Below, one piece after another: positions 30,887 through 41,944 of a DNA stretch of 64,000 nt. The DNA is from Andalucia godoyi And28. Lineage: Eukaryota; Protista; Jakobida. The stretch spans positions 69,211 to 133,210 of the forward strand of contig VRVR01000025.1 in NCBI GenBank assembly GCA_009859145.1, written 5' to 3'. A model generated the notes under the pieces. That model did no database searches and was not told the DNA's origin. It saw only the letters and a list, made by a program, of their open reading frames with translations. The translations under genes were made by a program, and so were the position numbers. Every line of letters begins with the position of its first letter. The stretch's first letter is position 1.

Positions 30887-31355
30887 TCTTCTTCTTTTCT
30901 TCTCTCAAAACAAAACAAAACAAAACAATTATGGAAAAAACACACCACACACCACACGCACAGAGACAGACAGACACACCCGACAGTAAGTACTTGATTA
31001 GCAGACTGTTTTTGTTTTTGTTCTTGTTTTTTCAAGAAAAATGAAAAACCAAAAGAACGAAACCGACTGGTTGAGAAAAACGGATCAGGAAGATGGATTC
31101 TTTCAAAACGGCACTACGGCAAAAATGCATGGTCCAAACAGTTCTCCAATTGGCAATTGTCCGACAAAAGCGACATCCAAATGCCCCATTACTGCCGTTG
31201 TTAAAAAAGGCCGACTACCTACGGCAGGCAAGTGGGAAAATCTGAGAATCTTTGAAAAGCAAAATGCTGAAGAAGAAAGAAAAAGAAACGAGATGGGAAA
31301 GCAAAAGGAGTGAGTACTGAAGAACAAACGGATTTCATTTTTAACATATGGGGTA

Positions 31356-31784
31356 TTACAAGACCTTCTTGGTCAAGAGATAGAGTCTCATATCGGGATC
31401 GATTTTTGCCATGTGTTTAGGGTTCCCCGAAAGCTTGAGCAACAGGCCTCCAAACGACGCAAACACGGCCATCTTGTCTCCTTCTGCGAGGATCTTGTAC
31501 ACTTTTCCGCTCATGACATAGTCGTAGTCGTCTGCGAGCGTTCGGTTCTGTGCTATGTGCGGGTCATACACAAAATCATCGGGGGATCCATCCCGAGCGA
31601 TCGTAGACGCAAGCACGAGCTTCAGCTTCTCGCCCTCGTCAACGGGATAGATGTCCGTTGCAATGTCCAGCTCGAGATCCATCGCGCATTGCTGCGAATG
31701 AACACTGTAGATCCGAGACACTCGCTCGAACTTTTGGTCTCGAGGCCGACTCGAAATCACAAATATATCTTCAAACAACGACAT
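31356..31784 (-). CDS. RPB8: RNA polymerase I/II/III subunit RPABC3
   Basis: LFEDIF...KFERVSRI, LADDYDYVMSGKVY and ASFGGLL motifs. Confidence 0.95.
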   Translation of the reverse strand: MSLFEDIFVISSRPRDQKFERVSRIYSVHSQQCAMDLELDIATDIYPVDEGEKLKLVLASTIARDGSPDDFVYDPHIAQNRTLADDYDYVMSGKVYKILAEGDKMAVFASFGGLLLKLSGNPKHMAKIDPDMRLYLLTKKVL

Positions 31785-32107
31785 GTTTCCGGCACAGACT
31801 CGTACAGGCTCTGTCGCTCAAAACGGAATTCAAGATAAAAATAAAAATAAAACCAGCTATTCAGTAATAATAGCAGCAATAATAATAATAATAGGAATAG
31901 CAGTCATAATAAATCACAAAGCAATAACAATAACGTGTCAGTAATTCGATGGGAATGAGTTGGTGCAGATTGCAGAATAGGGGAAAAGGGCGAAGAGGCG
32001 TGATGACACTACAGCAGATGGCGAATCGTCACTCATACAAAAATAAAACAAAAGCCAAAACAGAAGAAAAGAAGAAAGAAGAAAGAAGAAGAAGAAAGGG
32101 AGAGTGT

Positions 32108-33379
32108 TTATTCGAATTTCTTGGCTTCTGGAAGAGCAAACAAGTCTTCTTCGACGAAGCTGGAGGGAGAGGTGGGGTTCGGACTGACTGGAACGGCATT
32201 TGTGCTTTGGGGTGGATTCTGGGCCGAGGCTGCTGCTGCGGTTCCTGCTGCCTGTGCTGGCTGCAGATATTGTGGTTGCTGTGGTTGCTGTGGTTGCTGT
32301 GGTTGCTGCGGTTGCTGCGGTTGCTGCGGATACTGCGGCTGGAACTGCGGTTGCGCCGCATTCTGTGGATACTGTCCATACTGCATTGGTTGGACAGGCG
32401 GCTGCTGTGGCTGAAAAGCCGGAGGATATGCAAAGCCGGGTGCGGGAGGCTGCTGTCCGGGAGCATAGTTGCTCTGCGGGACTTGCTGTGGATATACTTG
32501 TCCCATCGGCTGTCCATACATCGGCTGCTGTTGCTGCTGCTGCTGCTGCATAGGATATCCAAACTGTTGATGCTGCGGTTGTGGTTGTTGGGTATTCATC
32601 ATCATCATTGTCATCATTCGCTGCTGCTGGATAGCTTGTTGCTGCATGACCTCCTGATGACGGTTCATCTGGACTTGCTGCAGCTGCTCAGCGGTGATTA
32701 CATCGGAAGGTCCGTACTCTCCTGCCCAGACCTTGAGCCATGCCACTCGGGAAATAAACATGGAAACACTCACAAACGCCAGCGGAATCATCAGAAACGC
32801 AAAGACAAGCATCGCCAGCGCTGGATCATCCCCAAAAAATAAGAACAGCAGAATAAGAAATAGCTCCAATCCCATCAACACCATGTGGATCATATCCCAG
32901 ACATACGAAACGCGCGTCAAACGGATAGTCGCCACATCTGCAGGAACACTGCCGCCTGCACCGACACCTGCAGCGGGAGCGGCCGCGGTCATAGCGGTAG
33001 CACCTTGTGGCGCTGTCGTTGACGCGTGGGTGTTGCTGGAAAGCCGGTTCGCTTCCTCGTCGTCGTCGTCGTCGTCCTCGTCCATCAGCTGATTAAAGTC
33101 CGAAGACTGGTGCTGCTGCTGCGGCGGCGACCTTGCTTGCGTTGCCGGTTGCAACGTTCGTACAGAAGGCGCCACGTAGAACTTTCGGAAATGCGATCCC
33201 AAATACGCCTTGTACGCTCCATTAAGCAGCAGTGACCACATAAACAAATTCAGAAAGTCTCCAGAGATCATATACAGCAGCGACAGAAGAACATTCAGCA
33301 GCGAGCCGAGATAGTACAATGACGGAACCGGAATCGCATAGAATCGCTGCCGAGTCCGTTCGCCCAATGTCAGAGTCAT
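32108..33379 (-). CDS. Hypothetical multi-pass membrane protein with Pro/Gln-rich cytoplasmic tail
   Basis: 423-aa ORF with about four hydrophobic segments and QQP repeats; no family recognised. Confidence 0.7.
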   Translation of the reverse strand: MTLTLGERTRQRFYAIPVPSLYYLGSLLNVLLSLLYMISGDFLNLFMWSLLLNGAYKAYLGSHFRKFYVAPSVRTLQPATQARSPPQQQHQSSDFNQLMDEDDDDDDEEANRLSSNTHASTTAPQGATAMTAAAPAAGVGAGGSVPADVATIRLTRVSYVWDMIHMVLMGLELFLILLFLFFGDDPALAMLVFAFLMIPLAFVSVSMFISRVAWLKVWAGEYGPSDVITAEQLQQVQMNRHQEVMQQQAIQQQRMMTMMMMNTQQPQPQHQQFGYPMQQQQQQQQPMYGQPMGQVYPQQVPQSNYAPGQQPPAPGFAYPPAFQPQQPPVQPMQYGQYPQNAAQPQFQPQYPQQPQQPQQPQQPQQPQQPQYLQPAQAAGTAAAASAQNPPQSTNAVPVSPNPTSPSSFVEEDLFALPEAKKFE

Positions 33380-33910
33380 CGCTGGTCACAGCCGTTCCGT
33401 TCTTGGCGTTCTTATCGACGTACTGCGCAAAAAGTATCCAAGCCCCCAGTTTTTTTCACACCCGGAAAAGGGAAGAAGAAGAAGAACAGAAAAAAGAATC
33501 GACAAGAAGGAAATTCGAAGAGATCGAAGAAGAAAAGGACCACCCTATATATATATATATATATGTATGTATATATATGTATATATATTCATAAATACAG
33601 TTTTTGGGCTTTTTCAATGTGTAAAATTTCGACGATTCGTATCGCAGGGGAAACTTGAAAAGCTCGATGGACCGCGTGGAAAATGGAAAAGGGATGGGAT
33701 ACGGCAGGTGAGTGAAGAAGGCAATTTTTGGTTATCTCCTCTTCTGGTTGATCTTCTCATTCTTCTGGTGTCTGCTTGGTACTGCTACTACTACTACAGT
33801 GCAGGATGAGAAAGGCGCGGGTTTGTACTATTCCATCCTTTTTATTTTGTAAATATATTATTTTTTTGTGGGTTTTTGGAGCCTGGGAATCTTGGGTTCT
33901 TGTTTCGACA

Positions 33911-35512
33911 TTAGCGTTCGGAGGGGGTTTGCAAGACAGTTTGCAGGGCAGTCTGCAGCCTTTTGGAAATGACGGACAACTTGAGAGCCAGATCGTCGTT
34001 CTTTGCAAATCCCTCGATCATGACGCCGGTCTCTGCGACCATGCGACTGCTTTGCGCGCCACCCGACGGCCGAGAATTGACAAGCGACTGCTGAGCTCCC
34101 GACAGTTTTTCGAGGCGTGCAACTTCGAGACGGCATGCGCTTGCACGGACGTCATCAAAAGACTCCACATGTCCACGGAGCCACTCGGCGTTTTGAACCA
34201 GGGACAGAGACTCCGACACTGGAGACGCTTCCTCCGCACAAGCAGAAGTAAACGATAAAATCGCATCCAGTACCATTGGGTGGCATATAAGACGAGCATA
34301 CCCGGATGGACCATGCACGCAGGAGAACTTTGCAATGGCTTCTCTCCGCGCGGCCGTCGTCAGGCGATGCCTGCAAACGTTCATGAATTCGAGTTGTGAA
34401 GCATCACTCTCAAAAAATAGAACATGGCTCACATCACCATGGCTATCCATCGCAATATTCAGCTGCACAAGACTTGCCATGGGTGGAGGAGCCCAGAACA
34501 GGGGTACACACTTGGAAAGCAGAGCAACGTCCTGGACATACAGCTTATCATCCATGAACCCCGACTCAATGCACTCGCTTCGCAGTTCAGAAGCAAGTTG
34601 CAGAAAGCCGTGCGACAGGACATGTTTCATGTGACACATGTACTCGACACGAAACCGCAATTCGGAAACCACGATGCCAAGCGCAGTCGCATCACCCAGC
34701 TTCTGTTTGGGGTCTCGCTCACGAACGTCCGCACGCCGACTTGCATAGGATCGGAGAAAGACGGAAACGTCCCGATAAGTTAGAATATCTGATTCGGCGT
34801 ATCCCAGCAGTGCGTTCTGAGCGTCCTCATTCGGCTGCGGAAAATCCAGCGGAAAGAGAGCATCCTCGTCGCCATCGAGATCATGGAACTTTACCAAGTC
34901 CAGAAACTTGGACGGATGGGAGTCGCCGAACTTACCGAGAATTGTCTGATCAGCTTTAGGGAACCATGGAAACATCTGCAACTCGGATCGCTGTTCAAAA
35001 TTCTCCAAACAGGATCGAATGTTCTGCATGAACTTCCGGTCCTCCATCCATAGCCCCCACGCTGATGCAAGTCGCTCAGCGCGATTCCGGTGCGTGTCGT
35101 CATCTGCAACAGAGAACACATTGTCGGACGGTTCCAGATACAGGAATCGGTTCGAGTGCTTTACAAATGTGTTGAAAAACGGCAACGAATGGAGATGGTC
35201 TCTTGGATTCGCAAGAACATCTGCAGGTACGCTACGCCGACGAGCAGAACGAAAGAAAAGAGCAGGCGGTGGTCCTTCTTTTCCTCTTCCTCCCCCTCCA
35301 CCTTCTTCTTCTTCTCTTCTTGCCGTATCATCCTCATCACCATCCTCACTATCTGCTGAAAAGTACGGTAGCAAATCGCCAGGAAGCGGGACATGTGCAA
35401 TGCTCTTCCCGCCACTTTGAACAAGCGACTGCAGGCAAGTTGAGTACCGCGACGGGGCAAGCGCATGCAGCCTTTGAAAGATGATCTGGAGATCCGGTCG
35501 ACTCAGATTCAT
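33911..35512 (-). CDS. Hypothetical protein
   Basis: About 530-aa ORF with protein-like composition; no family recognised. Confidence 0.65.
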   Translation of the reverse strand: MNLSRPDLQIIFQRLHALAPSRYSTCLQSLVQSGGKSIAHVPLPGDLLPYFSADSEDGDEDDTARREEEEGGGGGRGKEGPPPALFFRSARRRSVPADVLANPRDHLHSLPFFNTFVKHSNRFLYLEPSDNVFSVADDDTHRNRAERLASAWGLWMEDRKFMQNIRSCLENFEQRSELQMFPWFPKADQTILGKFGDSHPSKFLDLVKFHDLDGDEDALFPLDFPQPNEDAQNALLGYAESDILTYRDVSVFLRSYASRRADVRERDPKQKLGDATALGIVVSELRFRVEYMCHMKHVLSHGFLQLASELRSECIESGFMDDKLYVQDVALLSKCVPLFWAPPPMASLVQLNIAMDSHGDVSHVLFFESDASQLEFMNVCRHRLTTAARREAIAKFSCVHGPSGYARLICHPMVLDAILSFTSACAEEASPVSESLSLVQNAEWLRGHVESFDDVRASACRLEVARLEKLSGAQQSLVNSRPSGGAQSSRMVAETGVMIEGFAKNDDLALKLSVISKRLQTALQTVLQTPSER

Positions 35513-35814
35513 CACTCGCTCGTCACAAAGTCACACCCATCACAGCGTTTCTTCGTCACTGTTTACGAAGGAAAACATGAAAGAAGGGGCTTGCTGCTGT
35601 ACTGCACTGGTTGACGATCGGACAGTTGTCGACGCGATGCTAAGCATTGCATCATGTCCATTAATTTAATTTCAATTTTTACAAAAGGGCGCTCTCCACC
35701 ATACTGTAGTTGTGGAAGAGGAAAACATCGACAGAAAGACACGAGTAGACGAAGCGACCAACAGAAGAAGAAGAAAAAGGAGTAGAAGAAGGAGAAGGAG
35801 GAGAAGGAGAGAAA

Positions 35815-36978
35815 ATGTCGCATTACGAAACGCTCGGATTGACTTGCGAATGCTCAGAAGAAGACATCAAAAAGGCGTATCGGAGGCTTTCGCTGCAGTG
35901 TCATCCTGACAAGAATCCGGCAGCGTCGGATGCTTGGGACAAGATCCAAAAGGCGTACACAGTGCTGAAGGACCGCGAATTGCGTGAGCATTACGACCGC
36001 ACTGGGAATGACACACTGACGCCGAATGTACCGTCGTCGTTGTTTGACGACTTGTTTCAATCGACGAGAACGCTGTTTGATTCGTGGTTCAACCGCTCGA
36101 AGGACTCCGCGTCGTCTGAGTTGGATGTTGTGGTGCCGATCGATGTTTCGCTGGCGGAAGCAGATGCCGGGTGTGTGCGGCAACTCCAATACAGTCGCAA
36201 GATACCTTGTAGCAGCTGTGATGCAACGGGGGCTGCGTCGAAAGAGTCGGTGCGGTACTGTCTGTCGTGCAAAGGAACGGGAAAGATGGTGATGGAACGC
36301 CGGCTGGCAGACGGTGTCGGCGAGCGGTTTGTTGTGCAGTGTGAGCAGTGTGGAGGGCAGGGCTCCTGGATTACAGAGAAGTGCAAGACTTGCATGGGCC
36401 GAAAGTACCTGAAGGTATCAAGGACTGTGAACGTTGCGATTCCCCCGGGCGTTGCCCAAGGAGAACAAATTCGCTTCGACGGCCAAGCAGATGTTCGCAA
36501 GAAGACAGAAGCAGAACGTACTGAGCAAAAAGGTGCGCTCGTTCTGAGTGTCAATGTCGTCGCCGGTGCGAAGGAGGATGGGGTGTTTCGTCGTGCCAGT
36601 CCTGATGGAGCAGATGTTGAGTGCCATGTCTCCATGAAGTTGATTGATGCACTGGTTGGAACTCCAGTGCACTTGGAGTCCCTTCGAGGAGAGTCGCTGC
36701 ATATCAAGCCATCAACGAGCGTGTGGCATGGTGGGAAGTATGTGTTGCCGCAATTTGGGATGACCATTCGGCGTGCTCCATCGGAAAGGGGAAATTTGAT
36801 TGTGCTTGTTCGGGTAATAATGCCGGAGCATCTGAATGCGGAGGCGAAAGCCCTGCTTCGAAGTGCTCTCGGGGATCCTTTGGCTCTCATTCGTTACAAT
36901 TGGAGAAAGGGAAGGGAGGCGGCAAACGAGCGGGACTCGTCCTCTGTACTGTACGCGCAATTCATTCCCGAACCATAA
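35815..36978 (+). CDS. Type I DnaJ/Hsp40 co-chaperone
   Basis: J-domain with HPD, four CxxCxGxG-like repeats, DnaJ C-terminal domain. Confidence 0.92.
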   Translation: MSHYETLGLTCECSEEDIKKAYRRLSLQCHPDKNPAASDAWDKIQKAYTVLKDRELREHYDRTGNDTLTPNVPSSLFDDLFQSTRTLFDSWFNRSKDSASSELDVVVPIDVSLAEADAGCVRQLQYSRKIPCSSCDATGAASKESVRYCLSCKGTGKMVMERRLADGVGERFVVQCEQCGGQGSWITEKCKTCMGRKYLKVSRTVNVAIPPGVAQGEQIRFDGQADVRKKTEAERTEQKGALVLSVNVVAGAKEDGVFRRASPDGADVECHVSMKLIDALVGTPVHLESLRGESLHIKPSTSVWHGGKYVLPQFGMTIRRAPSERGNLIVLVRVIMPEHLNAEAKALLRSALGDPLALIRYNWRKGREAANERDSSSVLYAQFIPEP

Positions 36979-37075
36979 TGCATCTGCGTTCTCGAGGGAA
37001 GATCTGCCTGCTGCAGATTATGTGCAGCCCCATTCGCTACGCAAGTTCGTTTCGTTTGAATCACATCGCATTTAT

Positions 37076-39058
37076 TCAGCTGTTGTATGCATTCGGAGAC
37101 GCTTGCGTTTGTGAACCGTAGACCAGGGGAGTTTGCTGCGCGTATCCCGGAGGAATTTCCGGAGCGCTTGGAGCGTTCATCGGTTGGACGATAGGGCTAG
37201 AGGACTCTGGTGCGGTTGATGGATATTGTGGAAACTCGCTGGAGACCGAAACAGAGGCGCCATACGAAAACTCTTCCTTGCTAGTTGGAGGTGAGGCGGG
37301 AGGAGCAGCCTGTCGCCGAATAAGCATGTAGATGTCCTTTCCTCCAGCAGTTCTATTCAAATCGGCACGTGTTGCATCGCCAACAGTCCGCAGCACACGC
37401 TCATAACCCGGTGGAATGTTGTTCTCTTCATCAGGATCGCTCAAAAAGACGACTTGAACATCCGTGATGGGAGTCTTTGCAGGATCCCTGCGATACACCA
37501 AATAAATATCAGTTCCTCCGTTCCCAGAATTGACGTTCGCCGAGCGACCCCCGGCAGTCTTGCTGACAGCAACCCATGGAGGGCTAAGCTGGGGGAAGAC
37601 ATCCCCTTCGTTTGGCATGAACAGGGAAACCTCGGAAATCGGAGCCAGTCCTGGGCTCGGCGGATATCGAGTAAATGCCAAGTACAACTTGGCAGGACGA
37701 TGGAAGAACTTTCCGCTACCGGTGTTCAAATCTGCAGGCTTGTTTCCAATTGTTCTGGTAATCGTTTCATAGCCCTGAGGCGCCTTTTCGCCTTCAGAAA
37801 CGTTCACTATCGCGAAATCGTAAATACAGCCATAGATGCTTGGATCCGGTTGCACGATCACCGAGGAGACGGGGGCGGACATCACGGGGGCGGACATCAC
37901 GGGGGCGGACATCACGGGGGCGGACATCACGGGGGCGGACATGCAGCCAGGCGAAGGACTCTGTGGGGGCATACCTCCGTTGAAAGAACTACTTTGGGAA
38001 AATGGGAAAGGAACCGACGGCTGCGGAGAAAGCCCTCCAGGCTGCCCAACAGAAGACGAAGGAGCCATGGTGAACACATTCACCGGAGACGATACGCTGA
38101 GATTGAACGCAAACGTTGCATCGACGACACACTCCGCGTGGATCTTGTAATCTACATGGATCAGCTTACCGTGGAAGGAGCTCGGCGCTTCCACGGGCAA
38201 TATGAACGAGAAGGGGACCGGTCGAGATTCGTGGGCTAGCACAGCCGGGCTTTGAATATTGATCACCTGATCTCCCACGTGCTGGGTGTAGTTTTGTGCG
38301 CTCAACCGGATCGTACGATCCAATTTGATGCGAATTGTCTTCACGTGATTTGAAGACTGGTTGTCGACGACCACTTGTCCCTCGATGTTGAATCCCTTTG
38401 GAAGTGCTCGCGATGGCATTTGCAGACACATCCGCAGCGATCCCGACGAAAACATAAACTTCTTCGAATCCTGCTGCTGAATGGGCGACGCAAAATCAGG
38501 AATATTCAATCCAGGGGAATCTGATCCCAGCATAAAGACCTGCTTTTCATCCTTGTAGTCTGTATGGAACATTCCTCGCGGGATCCATGCTTTCACCTTG
38601 TAGGACACGTTTGCAGCGCGAGCAATGGCCGTGACACGAGGCGCGGATATCAAATCCATCGTCGGCGGTATACCGTGTTCAGGAATCACGATTGAAAACG
38701 GAAAGTAATGCTCTCCAGGTGGATACCTGCCTTCACCCGCAATGACCTGCGATGATTCGTAAACATGGTGCTCTCCGCTGACCGAGTGATTCATCGTAAG
38801 CCCAACAACCGTTGAGTGATGGCCGCTGTGGTGGTGTCCACCCCCAGGAGAGGTCGAATTGTGACGTCTCTCAATCTCTGCAAAAAGAGCAGTCCCCGGC
38901 TCGGAGCGGAGAGTCACCGATTCAAGTCCGACAAGCTTGATGTTCACGGATTTGATCGACTCGAGATCATATCCAGTCACCGTAAGCCTCACTACACCTT
39001 GCAACACTCGGCCGGGAACCAGAACTGGGTCCGGAATGTCCACTGTCAACACCGTCAT
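37076..39058 (-). CDS. Arrestin-domain protein with C-terminal MABP-like domain
   Basis: Arrestin N (G.H.FPFS...PPT, VSYKVKA) and C (IHVDYKI) folds; repeated GY..I..T....ADLN.G...IYL units typical of MABP. Confidence 0.75.
   Translation of the reverse strand: MTVLTVDIPDPVLVPGRVLQGVVRLTVTGYDLESIKSVNIKLVGLESVTLRSEPGTALFAEIERRHNSTSPGGGHHHSGHHSTVVGLTMNHSVSGEHHVYESSQVIAGEGRYPPGEHYFPFSIVIPEHGIPPTMDLISAPRVTAIARAANVSYKVKAWIPRGMFHTDYKDEKQVFMLGSDSPGLNIPDFASPIQQQDSKKFMFSSGSLRMCLQMPSRALPKGFNIEGQVVVDNQSSNHVKTIRIKLDRTIRLSAQNYTQHVGDQVINIQSPAVLAHESRPVPFSFILPVEAPSSFHGKLIHVDYKIHAECVVDATFAFNLSVSSPVNVFTMAPSSSVGQPGGLSPQPSVPFPFSQSSSFNGGMPPQSPSPGCMSAPVMSAPVMSAPVMSAPVMSAPVSSVIVQPDPSIYGCIYDFAIVNVSEGEKAPQGYETITRTIGNKPADLNTGSGKFFHRPAKLYLAFTRYPPSPGLAPISEVSLFMPNEGDVFPQLSPPWVAVSKTAGGRSANVNSGNGGTDIYLVYRRDPAKTPITDVQVVFLSDPDEENNIPPGYERVLRTVGDATRADLNRTAGGKDIYMLIRRQAAPPASPPTSKEEFSYGASVSVSSEFPQYPSTAPESSSPIVQPMNAPSAPEIPPGYAQQTPLVYGSQTQASPNAYNS
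37871..37942. repeat. Perfect 15-bp coding tandem repeat (GGGGGCGGACATCAC x4.8; MSAPV units)
   Basis: Read directly. Confidence 0.95.
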
Positions 39059-40095
39059 GCAAAAATCCCAATAACAAACACACAACCCTGCACAACACAA
39101 CTCGGAAAATCGGGAAAATCAAAAGAAAAAACAGGGCTTTTCCGCAGATCAAAGAGAATCCAACATTGCGAGATTCGGCGTTCTGTAGTTTCGGGACAGT
39201 TGTTCTCGAACATCTCGTGTCTCGACATGAGGTGGCTTTGGAAACTGGGTGCGCGCTGGCAGCGTCTTCTCTCAAAAAAGTCTGAACACCATCCACCATG
39301 GTGCTTGCCCGTCAGCGTCGATCATGAGATACGGAATAGCAAACAAGTGGAATGGGAGAAGAAAAAAAAAAGAAACGGAATAAAGAATAAAAGGAATAAA
39401 AGAAAGAGCGTGGGCGTTCAGGATTCTGATTTTGGAAACAGAGACCGGGGTGTTGCACCCGACGGACCCTTGCAGTGATGTCTCGCTGTTAAAGCTGATT
39501 TGCTGTGTGTGAATCCTTCAGCTTCTCAGTGGGACTTCGTTCCTTATAAAGGACTGAGGAAAGACAACTTGCAAACTTGTGGGCGTTGGCAGTTGTGGCC
39601 GGTTGAGCCAATATGATACTGGCGGTGGTCATATTCCTTCAACCTGCATTTCCACCGCGCCTCCTCCGCATACCCGCAAGCAGGAAATTCTTTGTCGCGG
39701 CACTCCTTCATAACCCACTGCATATCTTTCCATTCCCTGAAGGATTCACGCAGCGTACAAACTCCCAAAGGACACATGACGGCCCAAAAGGGTCTCGGAT
39801 CAAAAACTGAGAATCCTGGCTTCGATTCTATTTATTTTTGTTTTTGTTTTTTATCTCCTCCACCCATCCCTCAGTCATCTCGATCGTGCGATCATGGTTA
39901 CTGAGACCCAGTCATATCAAAATAAAGTGCTGGTCTCTTTTCGCTTACGTCGCTTACATCCAATATCGTTGCAAGAGAAACAAAACAAAATATTTATATA
40001 AAAGAAGAAGAAGAAAACTTTACATGGCAGCAAACCATCAACAACAAGAATAAGACAATACCAAAGGCAGATCAGAACAGAAAAACGCAGGGCGG

Positions 40096-41540
40096 CTATG
40101 GAGTCCACACGATTTGATCGACTGCTGCTGCTGCATCCTTTTGAAGTCCTTGCAGCGTCTGTGCTTTGCTTGCAGTCTTTCGAAGCTCTTGCAAAACCAC
40201 GTCATGTCTGGCGAATGCCGCACGCATCTTGCTCTCATCACATAAGAAGGCGATCAGCAAACAGCTGTTTTGAACTGCGTGGAGATTAACGTCTTGGCGA
40301 TTCGGAGTATCGGGTCCAAAGAACTGCAGTGCCGCAAGCGGGATTTCAATAAACAGCGGGTTGCGATATGGCAGGTCGACTGGTCGCGAGGCCACGCGTT
40401 CGGAGACTTCGACAATCGCCTTTTTTCCATCAACCAAAAGCGAGATGTTCGTCAGGAATGCGAGCAAGTTTTGAGCGCGAGACGCGTAGGACAGTGCAGA
40501 CTTTGGGGTGCTCTGCTGCGTCGGAATCATCAACAACATGTAGAACTCCAGAAAGGACGACTTGTACGGATTGGCTGCGGAATCACTCGTGTAGGGATCC
40601 TTGATTATGGACAGCACTGTTTCGCGGTCCCGGGCCAAGGAAGCAAGGCACTGGAAGATCTCTTCGGCAGGAACAAACTCGACCGCCCACGTTGCAATAT
40701 CAAGCAATGTACGTCGTTTCTTCGCAGCGGCTGCCTTTTCTGCCGCTGACTTTTCTTCTTGTCCGTACGAACTGGACACTAAAGCGTCGAAACAGTTCCA
40801 AAGAACGCTTTGCAGCGAACGGTGCCTCGAGTTTGGTCTGGGTGGGCCGGAAGCAAGGGTCTTCAAGGAACTTACCAACACTTGAAAATCCTGTCCACTG
40901 GCGTCATCCCACACCTCTCGACACACCTCTCTGTCCCGCGTCAGCAGCGTCTCGAGGCACTTTGCAGCAAAGAAATGACACTCCATGCAGCTTTCACGGA
41001 AAACGTTCTGCTTGAGCCCGAGGCCTACGGACAGCCCATCCAAAACCATCGCAATCGTCTCGAAGCGTCCCGGAACGCGTTCTTTCAGATACGATCGCGC
41101 AGCTGCAACTCTCAATATAAGCTCCAACACTTCGTATGCACCTGCTCGAACAATATCATCAGGATCGTCCGTTGGTCCTTGGTTTATGAAAAAGTCTACA
41201 ATTTCCAGCGGAAGAGTCTTGATCACATGTTTTTCGTCCTGCAGGAATAAATCTCGCCAGGCAACCACTGCTTTTCTCCGGTGAATCAGACTATCGCTCT
41301 TAACCATTACTTTCTAGACGGCAGGGAGCAAACGCAAAAAGCAAAAGGCAAAACACCAGAAAACAGCAAGATGATGAAACAAGGGGGGGCTTCGTAAATA
41401 TCAAGCTGCCACACCAAAAACAACCCAAAAGCACAAAGACGAAGAGGCAAAACGAAAAATGCACATACAAGTTTGTCATACACCCAATCTCCATATGCAG
41501 GAGTGACAAGATCGGGATCTCGCTCCTGCACATCTCCTCG
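40096..41540 (-). CDS. RSPH14: Radial spoke head 14 (RTDR1)-like ARM protein; intron 41314-41468, true start unresolved
   Basis: Spliced DPDLVTPAYGDWVYDKL|KVMVKSDSLIHRRKAV and C-terminal DQIVWTP match the family's ends; GTATG...CTAG intron keeps frame. Confidence 0.65.
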
Positions 41541-41944
41541 GATCGAGAACCGGCAAATATGGCGATGGTTCTGTTCAAACCCCAAAGACTCTTGTTTCGC
41601 AGCAACCTCAGACTCGGAGTATCTGATGCCACCAGACGGAGAAACATAAAAAAGAAGAAAACACAAAGGGTCAGTATAAAACAGACAAAAACATTGTAAG
41701 CCATACCATTATTCGTCATTCATGAACATCAAAGTAAACTTTAAAAAGAAAAGAAAGAAATCGCAACATACCCTTGGCGCTTCCTAATTACAGACCACAT
41801 TTTCCTACGTGTTCGTATACAAGGCTACAACAGTAACGACGATGATGACGATAATGACGATGACAAAGATTAGATTTCTGATTTTCTGCATAAAAATGCC
41901 CAAAGCCACGCAAACGCCTCTTTGGGACACAACCGCCATTACCG

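Noticed and set aside
37871-37942. 15-bp direct repeats as a possible CRISPR-like array
   Set aside because: No spacers; in-frame coding repeat (MSAPV).
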